Positions 41,790 to 50,579 of a DNA stretch of 50,595 bases are shown here, one piece after another. The stretch is taken from the IMG/VR virus record IMGVR_UViG_3300009604_000003, positions 1 to 50,595 of that record. One strand, given 5' to 3'. The position numbers and the translations under genes are program-made. Every line of letters starts with the position of its first letter. The stretch's first letter is position 1. Below the pieces are notes generated by a model. It was not told the DNA's origin and ran no database searches. It saw only the letters and a program-made list of their open reading frames with translations. The DNA is from a virus. Lineage: Duplodnaviria; Caudoviricetes.

Positions 41790-43130
41790 TTAGTTCGCTG
41801 ACTTGATCATTCTGAGTAATGCGTCAGACATTTTTGCCTTATTCCGCACACACCAGAGTATACCTTCGTCAACTGTCCTATCGGCAACAATGTGGTAATA
41901 GGTACAGGGATTCTCCTGACCTTTTCTATGAATTCTATCTCTCGACTGTTGGTACCTCTCATACGAGAAGTCCATCGAGTAGTAGATGGCGTAACTGGCG
42001 GCGGTTAGTGTGATGCCGTGACCAGATGCAGCCGGGTGACAGATCAGCGCGCCTAGTTTCCCCTCTTGGAAATCGCTAATGATCTTCTCGCTGTCCTTAG
42101 TACGCCCATCCAAGATCCCGTATTCCTTGCCCATTTCGCTTAGCACCTTGGAGATTGAGTCGATCTCTGCTCGGAAGTGCGCCCAGATAACCACGGGTTC
42201 ACTCCCCAGTTCCTCCAGTATGCGCATCAACTCAGTCAGTTTTGGCTGGCCGTTCGTTAGAAGGGTGTGATCTCCCTCGTAGTAGAACCCACCTGACAAC
42301 TGCCGCATCTTCATGACCTTTGCCTGCCCTGCCGGGGATAGAATCTCGCCGTTCATTTCTGCGGCCAGTCCAGCGTAGGTCATTTCATACGTGGCCCTGT
42401 CCTTAGTATCAAGGTCAACAACTCTAATGATGTCGGTTTGTGGCGGCAGATCCAGAGCATCCTTCTTAGACAGGCTCCAAGAGTGTGCCCCTAGTTTCTC
42501 GCTAAACTCTTCCTGCCTGTCTTTGCGGGGGATGTATCCGACGATGACATCCCGGCCATTGATGGGCCTAGTCTGCTTATAGAAGAACCGGGCAGCGAAG
42601 CCGTAGAAACTCCTACCGAATACCTCCATGCCAATGGCCCTCATCTGTGTGAAGTATTCCGTTGGACAGTTAGGCGCAGGAGTACCAGACAGGAGGTAGA
42701 CGCTCTTCATTTCATCAGCGAACTCTATCGCTGCGGCTGTTCTCTTGGCCTTATGGCTCTTTATCATGCTCGATTCGTCCAAAATCAGACGCTCGACCCC
42801 TACCTCTCGCAGTTCTTTCACGTGATTTTTGAACAAATCTATGTTGATTACGAGGATATCTGCGTCACTTCTGATCAGTTCAAGCCTCTTCTTCTTGTTG
42901 CTTGCCCAACAGCAGACGATGTTCAAGTGCGGAAAGAACCTCTCCGCATCTGCTATCCACGCTGCCTTCATGACAGACTTGGGACACACAACCACCGTCT
43001 TCATAGGCTGGTCATCTATGATCGCCAGTGATCCGGCGGTCTTGCCTAGTCCCGGCTGTAGCCAGAACCCATAGCGTGGACGCTCCCGCGCTATCTCCAT
43101 CATCCTGATCTGGTGTTCCATTAGTTTCAT
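41790..43130 (-). CDS. SNF2-family (SF2) helicase
   Basis: PGLGKT, ILDESS, LLSGTP, GHGITL, QSRDRIHRKGQ motifs. Confidence 0.92.
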   Translation of the reverse strand: MKLMEHQIRMMEIARERPRYGFWLQPGLGKTAGSLAIIDDQPMKTVVVCPKSVMKAAWIADAERFFPHLNIVCCWASNKKKRLELIRSDADILVINIDLFKNHVKELREVGVERLILDESSMIKSHKAKRTAAAIEFADEMKSVYLLSGTPAPNCPTEYFTQMRAIGMEVFGRSFYGFAARFFYKQTRPINGRDVIVGYIPRKDRQEEFSEKLGAHSWSLSKKDALDLPPQTDIIRVVDLDTKDRATYEMTYAGLAAEMNGEILSPAGQAKVMKMRQLSGGFYYEGDHTLLTNGQPKLTELMRILEELGSEPVVIWAHFRAEIDSISKVLSEMGKEYGILDGRTKDSEKIISDFQEGKLGALICHPAASGHGITLTAASYAIYYSMDFSYERYQQSRDRIHRKGQENPCTYYHIVADRTVDEGILWCVRNKAKMSDALLRMIKSAN

Positions 43131-43312
43131 TTCTTGCGCCTCTTGTATCCCGCCTTATTCTTGGAGATGCGAGACTTAGATCGATCCTTGACCGTTCCAC
43201 TGTGCGTGTGCGGTGAAATTGACGTGGTGATGACATCTTTCGCACAGACGTAAGAATTCACGAGTTTTCTCATTGAAACATACGAGTGCAAGGCAAAGTG
43301 TGATAGAGGTAT

Positions 43313-43654
43313 TCATGCGTCACCTCCCGTAGCCTTGGCGATTGCACGGTCTATGATTACGCGCAGTGGCAATTCCTCCCCGTTGAAGTCTCTAACCACT
43401 AACAAGGAAGGATATAGATATGACAGTTCAGTACGGGGCATGTGCAGCCCGTCCATTATTTGAAGTGCGGCCAGCATGTCGGGGGCTGCTGCAATCAGTT
43501 GCTGGTTCATCCACTTTGTCTCCCAGCATTTTATTGTGCGCCCAAGGTTCTTCCCCTTGGCAATTCGCGCTATAAACGTAGGTTCCTCGCGTGTTCCAGT
43601 GAATACCGCCCCGGCGAAGGCATTCCACGGTCCCGGTGTGTGTTGAGTAGTCAT
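43313..43654 (-). CDS. Conserved phage protein (HTPGPW...IAAAPDML family)
   Basis: Characteristic HTPGPW and LIAAAPDMLAAL motifs. Confidence 0.75.
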   Translation of the reverse strand: MTTQHTPGPWNAFAGAVFTGTREEPTFIARIAKGKNLGRTIKCWETKWMNQQLIAAAPDMLAALQIMDGLHMPRTELSYLYPSLLVVRDFNGEELPLRVIIDRAIAKATGGDA

Positions 43655-43678
43655 ATCTATATCCTTCCTTGTTAGTGG

Positions 43679-43944
43679 TTAGAGACTGAGGTAGACGTAC
43701 ACGCCGCCGGATGCGGTCCGGGCGGTCCAGTAGCCACCCTCCAGATCACGTGCATATGCGGCGTGGTCGAAGTAGCACCGTATGGACTCGGGCATCTGAT
43801 CGAGATACCCGCAATCATCCGCATGGTCATAGGCGAAATCTTCAATGCTGTTCCACTCGCCTTGGTACGCCTCCTCGAAGGCTTCCACATTGTCGGCGGT
43901 GTCATTGCCATACGAACCGTGTGAAGGGATTCGGGTGTAGGCAT
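43679..43944 (-). pseudogene. ardA: Truncated, frameshifted ArdA-like antirestriction gene
   Basis: FEEAYQGEW.S.EDFAY...MPE.IR.YFD..AYARDL matches the ArdA C-terminus; the SD-led ATG at 43944 is out of frame with it. Confidence 0.6.
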
Positions 43945-43963
43945 GTTGCGCCTTCCTTTCAAA

Positions 43964-44022
43964 TAAAAACCCGGCCACCATCAGCGTTGCTTGGGGGAAG
44001 CATTGCTGATTAGGTGGCCGGG
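43964..44022 (-). terminator. Long-stem intrinsic terminator after the SSB gene
   Basis: Minus strand CCCGGCCACC...GGTGGCCGGG followed by TTTTTATTT. Confidence 0.7.
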
Positions 44023-44051
44023 GCACGCCTCCGGGTAAAAAAGAGGTGATA

Positions 44052-44774
44052 TTAGAACGGCAAATCGTCGTCCGTTGCTGCCGCTGCCACTCTTCCGACA
44101 ACAGCGTTGGGATCTCCCAACCTGTTGTACCAAGAGATGGCCGCTTCCATGTGGTCACTCGTGGCATCGCCAGCAGGCCGTGGCACAGGGATTAGTGCTG
44201 ACCCTTCGGCAAACTTCTTGTCACGGATCTCCATGATGTAAGCACCCGGAGATGTAGTCTCTCCATCCTTGACAGCAGCCTGACGAGCAGCCTCCATTCT
44301 CATGAGTGCCTGACCAGACTTGATGCTGGTCTTCTTGAAGGAGAGGATCACGGGAACCGTGTGTCCCTCAAACAGGACAACCCAGTTCACGTGCTTGATC
44401 GCAGCGTAACCCACGCCCTTCCGTCCAGTACCCCAAACAAGATCTGCGTCTGGCACATCTTCTTTGTTCATGGTGCGGTACTCGATGCCTGAGCCTGCGC
44501 CTCCTTCTGCGTACTTGATCCACTCGTTGTACCCGAAGATTGGAACCATCTTCACGTCCTCGATAGCAACAGCCGCTCCTGTACTTGAGTAGACCCACGT
44601 GCCACGCTTGTGGTCGCCGTGCATCTCTGTTTCCATGGCGGTTCCTTGGATGAGCGACAGCCGATCAAGGCTGAAGTCTTCCTGCTCTGCGTTTAGCATG
44701 GAGCCAAACCCTGCTGGCCCCGTGGAGGGTGCCAGTGTTGTGTCTTCTTTCTTCGTAATGCTTTTCTCTGTCAT
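44052..44774 (-). CDS. Single-stranded DNA-binding protein (probable)
   Basis: Acidic DDDLPF C-terminal tail; RLSLIQG and ILSFKKTSIKSG motifs; replication module. Confidence 0.65.
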   Translation of the reverse strand: MTEKSITKKEDTTLAPSTGPAGFGSMLNAEQEDFSLDRLSLIQGTAMETEMHGDHKRGTWVYSSTGAAVAIEDVKMVPIFGYNEWIKYAEGGAGSGIEYRTMNKEDVPDADLVWGTGRKGVGYAAIKHVNWVVLFEGHTVPVILSFKKTSIKSGQALMRMEAARQAAVKDGETTSPGAYIMEIRDKKFAEGSALIPVPRPAGDATSDHMEAAISWYNRLGDPNAVVGRVAAAATDDDLPF

Positions 44775-44778
44775 TGTT

Positions 44779-45168
44779 CTAAGTCCTTCGTGTCAGAATC
44801 TTTGTTATTGGTGTGAGGGTCAACCCCTTTGGTAAAGCCCCACCGCTTTGGACATGCTCTCGGATCTTCCCACTTGATACACGCCTCTGGATGAAGTCGT
44901 ATCGTCCAGACTCAGCGCACCACTTGAAGATTTCCTCGAACTGTTCCGGGTCGTAGTCTGCCACCAACTCTTCTTTCCGTGTGATTGACAGTCCCACTTC
45001 CGTGTTCTTGATTGTATCAACGCCGGAGGCTTCCATGTGTCGCTCTATCTCCCTGTTGATAGTTTCCTTCTCCTGTTTCAAGAGTGACAGCCGGGCGTTT
45101 AGATCCTCGATCATGTCGAGTACCTCCCGCAACTTTTTGATGTTGTCACCCACTCTGATCGTTGTCAT
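44779..45168 (-). CDS. Conserved phage coiled-coil protein adjacent to SSB
   Basis: N-terminal coiled coil and C-terminal LPKGL motif; AAGGA SD. Confidence 0.65.
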   Translation of the reverse strand: MTTIRVGDNIKKLREVLDMIEDLNARLSLLKQEKETINREIERHMEASGVDTIKNTEVGLSITRKEELVADYDPEQFEEIFKWCAESGRYDFIQRRVSSGKIREHVQSGGALPKGLTLTPITKILTRRT

Positions 45169-45289
45169 ATTGATCCTTCCTTAGAGATTCCCCCCGCCCT
45201 TCCACCGAGAGTGCGAGACATCACGCCGAAGATGCGGCGGATTTGATCCGTCAAAAGCACACCGGATTCCAGACGGGGGGAGATCATAG

Positions 45290-45598
45290 TCATACTCTAA
45301 ATCCTGCCGCCCTTAGTATCTTCTTGGCTGTCGAGGTCAAGTAGATCTGTGATTGCGGCTTCCACGGTTCGTATCTGATTAGTCCCACCTTCGCCATTCG
45401 CCTGATAGTTCTTCGCACGCTCCTGTTTTCCAAGAGTCCAGAGAGAATCACATCTCTCTTAGTCGGGTTCTCTGAACACAGGAGCATTTGCTTTGCCGTA
45501 TGAATGGCGGTCGGTGTGCTTAGTACACGTATCCTTTCTACTGCTGTCGCTAGTTCGTTGATCCGATCAAAGGTCGGGGTCTGCTTCTCTTGTTCCAT
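45290..45598 (-). CDS. Winged-helix DNA-binding protein (possible)
   Basis: SVRRTIRRMAKVGLIRY...IYLTSTAKKIL wHTH-like pattern. Confidence 0.5.
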   Translation of the reverse strand: MEQEKQTPTFDRINELATAVERIRVLSTPTAIHTAKQMLLCSENPTKRDVILSGLLENRSVRRTIRRMAKVGLIRYEPWKPQSQIYLTSTAKKILRAAGFRV

Positions 45599-46010
45599 AT
45601 TTACCCAGTGATCTTAGTTCTAGGGCTGTTAGTTGGTCGAACCTCGGGTCGCTACCCCCGAACTTATACTTCACCCGGCTCGTCTTCTCCTCCACTTCGG
45701 AAGCGTCCAAGATAGCCGGAGTCGGGAGAGTCTTCCTCGGGATTTTCTCGTCGCTGATCTGGAGTGGCCTCACTTGAGTCGATGTAATGTTGTATTCTTT
45801 CAATCGCTTTGAGAGTGTATCTGTGTAGTTCTTCAACGCACGCTCTATCGTCCGGCATGATTCGATCCTCCATTTCTCGCCCTTCCCTTGAGTCGGGCTT
45901 TCTAACCAGAGCAATGCCCACTCTAACGCTTGGACCTTCCACAGTAGTTTGGTCAGGTTCTTACGTACAGACTTGAGGCTGCGTCTGCGTTCTCGCATCT
46001 GCTTGAGCAT
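45567..46010 (-). CDS. Hypothetical protein
   Basis: 147-aa ORF; overlapping alternative frames exist. Confidence 0.5.
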   Translation of the reverse strand: MLKQMRERRRSLKSVRKNLTKLLWKVQALEWALLWLESPTQGKGEKWRIESCRTIERALKNYTDTLSKRLKEYNITSTQVRPLQISDEKIPRKTLPTPAILDASEVEEKTSRVKYKFGGSDPRFDQLTALELRSLGKYGTREADPDL

Positions 46011-46122
46011 AGGCTTCCCTGCTTATATCGGTAACGATGATTAGTCTGCTCCAGAAGAGCAGCACAAAGCAGGCGGTGTTCGCCATTAGCACCAACCTGC
46101 TTTGCACCGCACGCTCTTCCAC

Positions 46123-46554
46123 TCATCCCTCTCTAGGCGATTTCTTACCCCAACGGGTTCTCACAGCATCTGCCGCCTTGAACCCTTCCATTCCTCCGGT
46201 TACAGGGGCAATCGAATCGAGTACCTCTTCGGTATCGGTTTTCAATGTTGGCCTGCCCCTTTTGACATCACCCTTGGACCCGTTCCTATAGACGTACCCA
46301 GTGTAGGTTCCATCTACTTCACGGTCATGGCGGTAGGACATATGCAAATCATGCTTGCTAAGCATGTTGTAGTTGCTGACTAAGATGCGAACGTAGTCGC
46401 TCCTAGATCGCTTCATGGGACTAATCTCTATGTGAGATTCCTTCTCACTGGTAAGTTTCTTATCGATAAGGTCGAAGAGTTGCCCCCTAAGACCAAGACG
46501 TACCAGCCCGAACGTGGGCTGGCCCTTTTTTACCTTGAACTGTAGTTCATTCAT
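46123..46554 (-). CDS. Hypothetical protein
   Basis: Start reassigned to ATG 46554 after an AGGAG SD. Confidence 0.65.
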   Translation of the reverse strand: MNELQFKVKKGQPTFGLVRLGLRGQLFDLIDKKLTSEKESHIEISPMKRSRSDYVRILVSNYNMLSKHDLHMSYRHDREVDGTYTGYVYRNGSKGDVKRGRPTLKTDTEEVLDSIAPVTGGMEGFKAADAVRTRWGKKSPREG

Positions 46555-46954
46555 TGTTCCAGTCTCCTTGCTGCATGTAGTCACTGATACCTCTAAGGAG
46601 GTTTTCCTCCACCGCATCGATACTCTTGATGCGAACATTCTCATCATCACAATCTGGAAGACCCTCGTTAGTCACATCTACGAAGTTGTTACCGTCATTT
46701 AGCACTTCTAGGTATGGGACATGCACAAGGATCTTGGTTCCAGTGTCGTTATCTCGAAGAACAAATCCAACGCGGACCTGTTCTTCACCTTTCATTTTGC
46801 CACTGGCGAACGTGAATCCCTCCACTACACAGTCGTGTAGAGAAGAAACAGCACAGCCAGCGTCTAGCATCTTCTCCCGTTCATCGCTTGAGGCTTTCTG
46901 GAAGAACGGGTAGTCTTCCAAAACCCTTTCCATTTTGTCTCTGTCAATCATCAT
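46547..46954 (-). CDS. Hypothetical protein
   Basis: 135-aa ORF in a tightly packed operon. Confidence 0.7.
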   Translation of the reverse strand: MMIDRDKMERVLEDYPFFQKASSDEREKMLDAGCAVSSLHDCVVEGFTFASGKMKGEEQVRVGFVLRDNDTGTKILVHVPYLEVLNDGNNFVDVTNEGLPDCDDENVRIKSIDAVEENLLRGISDYMQQGDWNNE

Positions 46955-47369
46955 CTACCCCCTCAAGTATTGATTCGTACGCAGAACCCCATGTCTGGTC
47001 GGTCATCACAGACAGTGTGGTAACGTCTTGTAGGAACTGCTTCGGATTGCTCCATTTCTCAGCGATCTCCTCGCTTTTCATACGGATACGCTGCATCTTT
47101 CCTATGAATATCAGGAAGCACGCCGCAGTTTCGTCATCTGAATATGGCGGTGGTCCCATCGGTTCATGTACGAAGTCAGCAAACTCCATCATCTTGTCTT
47201 TGCCCAACTCGAACATGTCGTCAACGTCTTCGGACTCGGACAGTCTCCCGGCTTGCTTGCCCACCATGACGGCGGCTTCAGCAAGGCATCCGGCTACGCT
47301 TTCCATCACCTTTACATATACGTTCTGTGATTTTTCGTCTTCTGCATCAAACATTTTTAACCCTTTCAT
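46944..47369 (-). CDS. Hypothetical acidic protein
   Basis: 141-aa ORF downstream of hairpin B. Confidence 0.7.
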   Translation of the reverse strand: MKGLKMFDAEDEKSQNVYVKVMESVAGCLAEAAVMVGKQAGRLSESEDVDDMFELGKDKMMEFADFVHEPMGPPPYSDDETAACFLIFIGKMQRIRMKSEEIAEKWSNPKQFLQDVTTLSVMTDQTWGSAYESILEGVDDD

Positions 47370-47379
47370 TTTTCATTAC

Positions 47380-47424
47380 CACCCTACCCCCTCTCTTCAT
47401 TCTGAAGAGAGAGAGGGTAGGGTG
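47380..47424. promoter_or_regulatory. Conserved bulged hairpin, copy B
   Basis: CACCCTACCCCCTCTCTTCA-TTC-TGAAGAGAGAGAGGGTAGGGTG. Confidence 0.8.
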
Positions 47425-47460
47425 TATGGCTACCATAGCCACTCTATACCGCCTGTCAAA

Positions 47461-47790
47461 CTATTCACCATGCAACTCTCTTATAACCCGCACTAAGACT
47501 GCTCTCGATACTTCAAGTAGTCGCTTCTCAAGTACCAAGTCTCCGCTTTTGTATGCTAACACTGCTAACTCCTGCATGGTTTTGTACAAATCATCGGTCT
47601 TGGCAACCGCGATTATGTGTTCCTTCTTTATATCGGACCACGATTTTTCATCCACAATCTTCATGGATACACGCTCACCGCTCCACAAGAGCAGCCTACG
47701 AATGTCACCTATGCTTTTCTTATCGTCCCAATACAGGCGATTGACTAGAAGTTCCTCTTCTTTTAGTACGGATAACTTCTTACGGCCCAT
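47461..47790 (-). CDS. Hypothetical protein
   Basis: 109-aa ORF. Confidence 0.7.
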   Translation of the reverse strand: MGRKKLSVLKEEELLVNRLYWDDKKSIGDIRRLLLWSGERVSMKIVDEKSWSDIKKEHIIAVAKTDDLYKTMQELAVLAYKSGDLVLEKRLLEVSRAVLVRVIRELHGE

Positions 47791-48169
47791 CGGTGTAGTC
47801 CTCGTTTAGGGAATACACCTCGAACCGTGGCTCTTTTAGCATGTTTGGGATCTCTTTCCTGACATTCTCGGGGACGCTTAGAGTCTCCCCCTCATCATCG
47901 ATGCAACCCATTACCAAGACATCACCATGTATTGGGTTAGTGAAGGCGGGCCACTTGTCGTTCCTTAGTAGCCATAAGCAGGCAGGCATATTGATCGGCA
48001 GTTCATTGATAAGCCCCTCCTCATTGATGTACACGGATACACTGTGCTTCATTTCATCTATAGAGAGGGCCTCTATTAGTCCACCGACACACTTTTGCAT
48101 GTCTTCTAAGCCGTTTATCTCTACGTCCTCCACTTTTCCTGACGTTTGAATCCATATTCCATGCTTCAT
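47780..48169 (-). CDS. DUF3846-like protein
   Basis: LEDMQKCVGGLIE, YINEEG, LPIN..A, IHGDVLVMG motifs. Confidence 0.75.
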   Translation of the reverse strand: MKHGIWIQTSGKVEDVEINGLEDMQKCVGGLIEALSIDEMKHSVSVYINEEGLINELPINMPACLWLLRNDKWPAFTNPIHGDVLVMGCIDDEGETLSVPENVRKEIPNMLKEPRFEVYSLNEDYTDGP

Positions 48170-48396
48170 ACTGGGTACTCCTTAGTTTCAAAAAATCTAG
48201 TGGGCAGGTATCTCTTCGCTGACCTGCCACCCTTGGTTACATCCATGTACTCTATAAGCAGGGGAGTACCTATGCTCCCCTGCTTAGTCCATTGCTTACG
48301 AAGAACCGTAAGAGCCTTGCTTTTGGGGTACGTTTTCTCGGTAAACGCCTCAATCGCATGGTCCCTAGCGTGGATCTTCGCTTCACTCACTGTCAT
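48166..48396 (-). CDS. Hypothetical protein
   Basis: ATG 48396 overlaps the upstream gene end. Confidence 0.6.
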   Translation of the reverse strand: MTVSEAKIHARDHAIEAFTEKTYPKSKALTVLRKQWTKQGSIGTPLLIEYMDVTKGGRSAKRYLPTRFFETKEYPV

Positions 48397-49105
48397 CGTC
48401 GGTATCTTCACCGATAATCTCCAGTGTATAGGCATTCGAAGCCTCGATCACAGCAGCAGTACGCTCATCTAACTCACCACTCTTCAACCTTATTCTGCCA
48501 GCCGTTATACGGGGTTTCCCGTCTGGACGGCTAGGGTCTGGATGGGACACCTTTTCCAAGATGAATGGCGAGAGATAATCTGGAGTGGTAGCCCACACGC
48601 CGCCAACCTTTAGTGAATCCATTATTCCATCGAACCAATCCACCCACTCGGAGGCATCGAACCCATTCACAACCACACCACTTGTGATTTCATGACGAGG
48701 TTGGCCGATGCTTGCTGAGGCTGAGTATCCAGTCTCAATCTTCTTTGTGATCCTTGCCTGAAGATCACGTGCCTCAAATCCACGGCCTATCATCTCACTA
48801 GGCTCGATCTCTAGTTGACCCGCTATCGCCCTTAGTGCCGATAGCCCGTAGATAGAGTTCTCTATGCTGTCCACCTCGTTGCCATCGGGATCAAACAGCG
48901 CACCCTTTTGACCGTCTGTTTCCTTGGTGTTGTGGATTGTTTCTGAAAGCGAAACGAATGCACCTAGTTCTGCACCCGTTTCCTTGGCAGCATGCTCTGC
49001 TCCAAAGATGCCATGACCATTACACATGTTCACGAATGAGACTAACTGTTCCTTAGTAAGGGGAACCTTGGCCTCGCCAATATAAATATCACTCATTGTC
49101 CTCAT
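48383..49105 (-). CDS. Hypothetical protein
   Basis: 240-aa ORF. Confidence 0.7.
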   Translation of the reverse strand: MRTMSDIYIGEAKVPLTKEQLVSFVNMCNGHGIFGAEHAAKETGAELGAFVSLSETIHNTKETDGQKGALFDPDGNEVDSIENSIYGLSALRAIAGQLEIEPSEMIGRGFEARDLQARITKKIETGYSASASIGQPRHEITSGVVVNGFDASEWVDWFDGIMDSLKVGGVWATTPDYLSPFILEKVSHPDPSRPDGKPRITAGRIRLKSGELDERTAAVIEASNAYTLEIIGEDTDDDSE

Positions 49106-49335
49106 CCTTCTTTTACAGCCTGTAGGAGACTGTCTCCTACCCTTAGAACCGTTGATATATTCACGCCCTTATCATCTACATGATCCACGATCCACTGTTC
49201 GCACTCCGCAGTGTCCCCTAGATACTCTGGTACACGTAGAATCTTGCACCCCTCAATGGAGTCCCATGTCTCGCCGTCACTTAGTACGACCACCATTTCG
49301 TCACTCATCCGAATCACCTGCACTAACCAGTTCAC
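49102..49335 (-). CDS. Hypothetical protein
   Basis: VVLSDGETW motif; true start probably MSDEM. Confidence 0.6.
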   Translation of the reverse strand: MNWLVQVIRMSDEMVVVLSDGETWDSIEGCKILRVPEYLGDTAECEQWIVDHVDDKGVNISTVLRVGDSLLQAVKEG

Positions 49336-49741
49336 CCGTTGAACTATCTTCCGTCACCAATGCGGTACTGGCTACGTTGCTAAGACCCCTTAGCAGTGTT
49401 GGCAAGACTGACCGCGAGATTGCTGCTCGGAAAGAATCAGATTGCATCTGCTCATCTAGAAGAGTGGATAGAGCGTTCTTCGTTATCAACTCGATCTCTG
49501 CCTTGGCACAAGTACGAATAATCGACCTGATATTCTCGCTGATCTGCTCTTCGACTGCCTCTGAACACATATCAGCAGCCTTGTCTTCAGTCATAACATC
49601 TGAACCGAAGTGATTATCGATAGTCTCCGTGATGAGAGTCTCGATCCGACACTCCATCTCATCGAACATCTCGTCTGAATCGACATCGAAATATACATCG
49701 ACACAAGTATCAATATTTACACTGTCACCTACATGCATCAT
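49301..49741 (-). CDS. Hypothetical acidic helical protein
   Basis: 146 aa, D/E-rich. Confidence 0.7.
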   Translation of the reverse strand: MMHVGDSVNIDTCVDVYFDVDSDEMFDEMECRIETLITETIDNHFGSDVMTEDKAADMCSEAVEEQISENIRSIIRTCAKAEIELITKNALSTLLDEQMQSDSFRAAISRSVLPTLLRGLSNVASTALVTEDSSTGELVSAGDSDE

Positions 49742-50211
49742 TCATCTCCTAAAAGTTCCTTGAGTGAATCAACACCGACCTTGTTTAGCACGTTGCTTTT
49801 CATGTGTTCGGCGTACTCTTCATCTGTCTCTGCATAATCTGCTGCTGCCTTGAATACATCATTACCTAACTCTGAGGCATCGCTAGAATCCAGCGTCCAC
49901 TCACCATAATCCCTAATAATCCCCAACAGTTTTGTGTAACACCCATGTGGAGTGGGGTCGCCGGGTCCAATCTGGTTTCCCTCACTGTCGTGAGTAAGGT
50001 CGTATACCAGTCCTGTTAGTGCTGCGGCAGCAACACTCTTTCTAGGGAGACATTCGAGCAATCTCCCTAGATCGACGATTTCTTGGTCCTCACGCAACTC
50101 AAGTGGCGTGCTAACCAACTTGTTTAGACCTTGCATGATTACCTTCCCAAGCAGGAAGGCACCACGATTTGATCTCATTAGGTCCATGTTTTCTTCGTGT
50201 GTCCATTTCAT
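49738..50211 (-). CDS. Hypothetical protein
   Basis: Start reassigned to ATG 50211 after AAGGA; N-terminus resembles the upstream gene (RGAFLLGKV vs RGQFIIGQA). Confidence 0.7.
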   Translation of the reverse strand: MKWTHEENMDLMRSNRGAFLLGKVIMQGLNKLVSTPLELREDQEIVDLGRLLECLPRKSVAAAALTGLVYDLTHDSEGNQIGPGDPTPHGCYTKLLGIIRDYGEWTLDSSDASELGNDVFKAAADYAETDEEYAEHMKSNVLNKVGVDSLKELLGDE

Positions 50212-50237
50212 TTCTTTGATCCTTGTTTTCGGTCTAC

Positions 50238-50284
50238 CACCCCTACCCCCTCTCTTCATTCTGAAGAGAGAGGGGGTAGGGGTG
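50238..50284. promoter_or_regulatory. Conserved bulged hairpin, copy C
   Basis: CACCCCTACCCCCTCTCTTCA-TTC-TGAAGAGAGAGGGGGTAGGGGTG; contains the stop codon of 50256..50579. Confidence 0.8.
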
Positions 50285-50579
50285 TATTGTCGCCATCTTT
50301 GTCACTCATAGTGCCTTCGGGAAAGCCACGCATCATGTCACGCGCTTCCCCCTTTAGGTTGGGATGTTCAACGATATCGGGAGCCACCTTTCTTGCTTGA
50401 CGCACTCCAGCGAACATCGGGAACAGATTGTCCCGTAGATACTCCATATCTGAGATGTTTGATTGCTCCCGCATTGCCTCTTGTTCCTCGTTTAGTTTGT
50501 CAATAGCCAAGCATAGTGCTTGTCCTATGATGAACTGTCCACGCATACCCCGTGCAAACTCTGCTGCTTCTTCTGACAT
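50256..50579 (-). CDS. Hypothetical protein (start also present at 107 through the terminal overlap)
   Basis: 107-aa ORF directly downstream of the lysozyme on the circle. Confidence 0.7.
   Translation of the reverse strand: MSEEAAEFARGMRGQFIIGQALCLAIDKLNEEQEAMREQSNISDMEYLRDNLFPMFAGVRQARKVAPDIVEHPNLKGEARDMMRGFPEGTMSDKDGDNTPLPPLSSE

Noticed and set aside
43127-43316. Short ORFs between the SNF2 gene and 43313, one with an LCERCH HNH-like motif
   Set aside because: Two competing frames under 50 aa; cannot decide which, if either, is real
43945-44167. Long N-terminus of the ArdA-like ORF in the track
   Set aside because: Overlaps the SSB gene and runs through the terminator; not ArdA-like
50212-50259. 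MKRGGRGGRPK start of ORF 49738-50259
   Set aside because: That ATG is part of the conserved hairpin core; an SD-supported ATG lies at 50211
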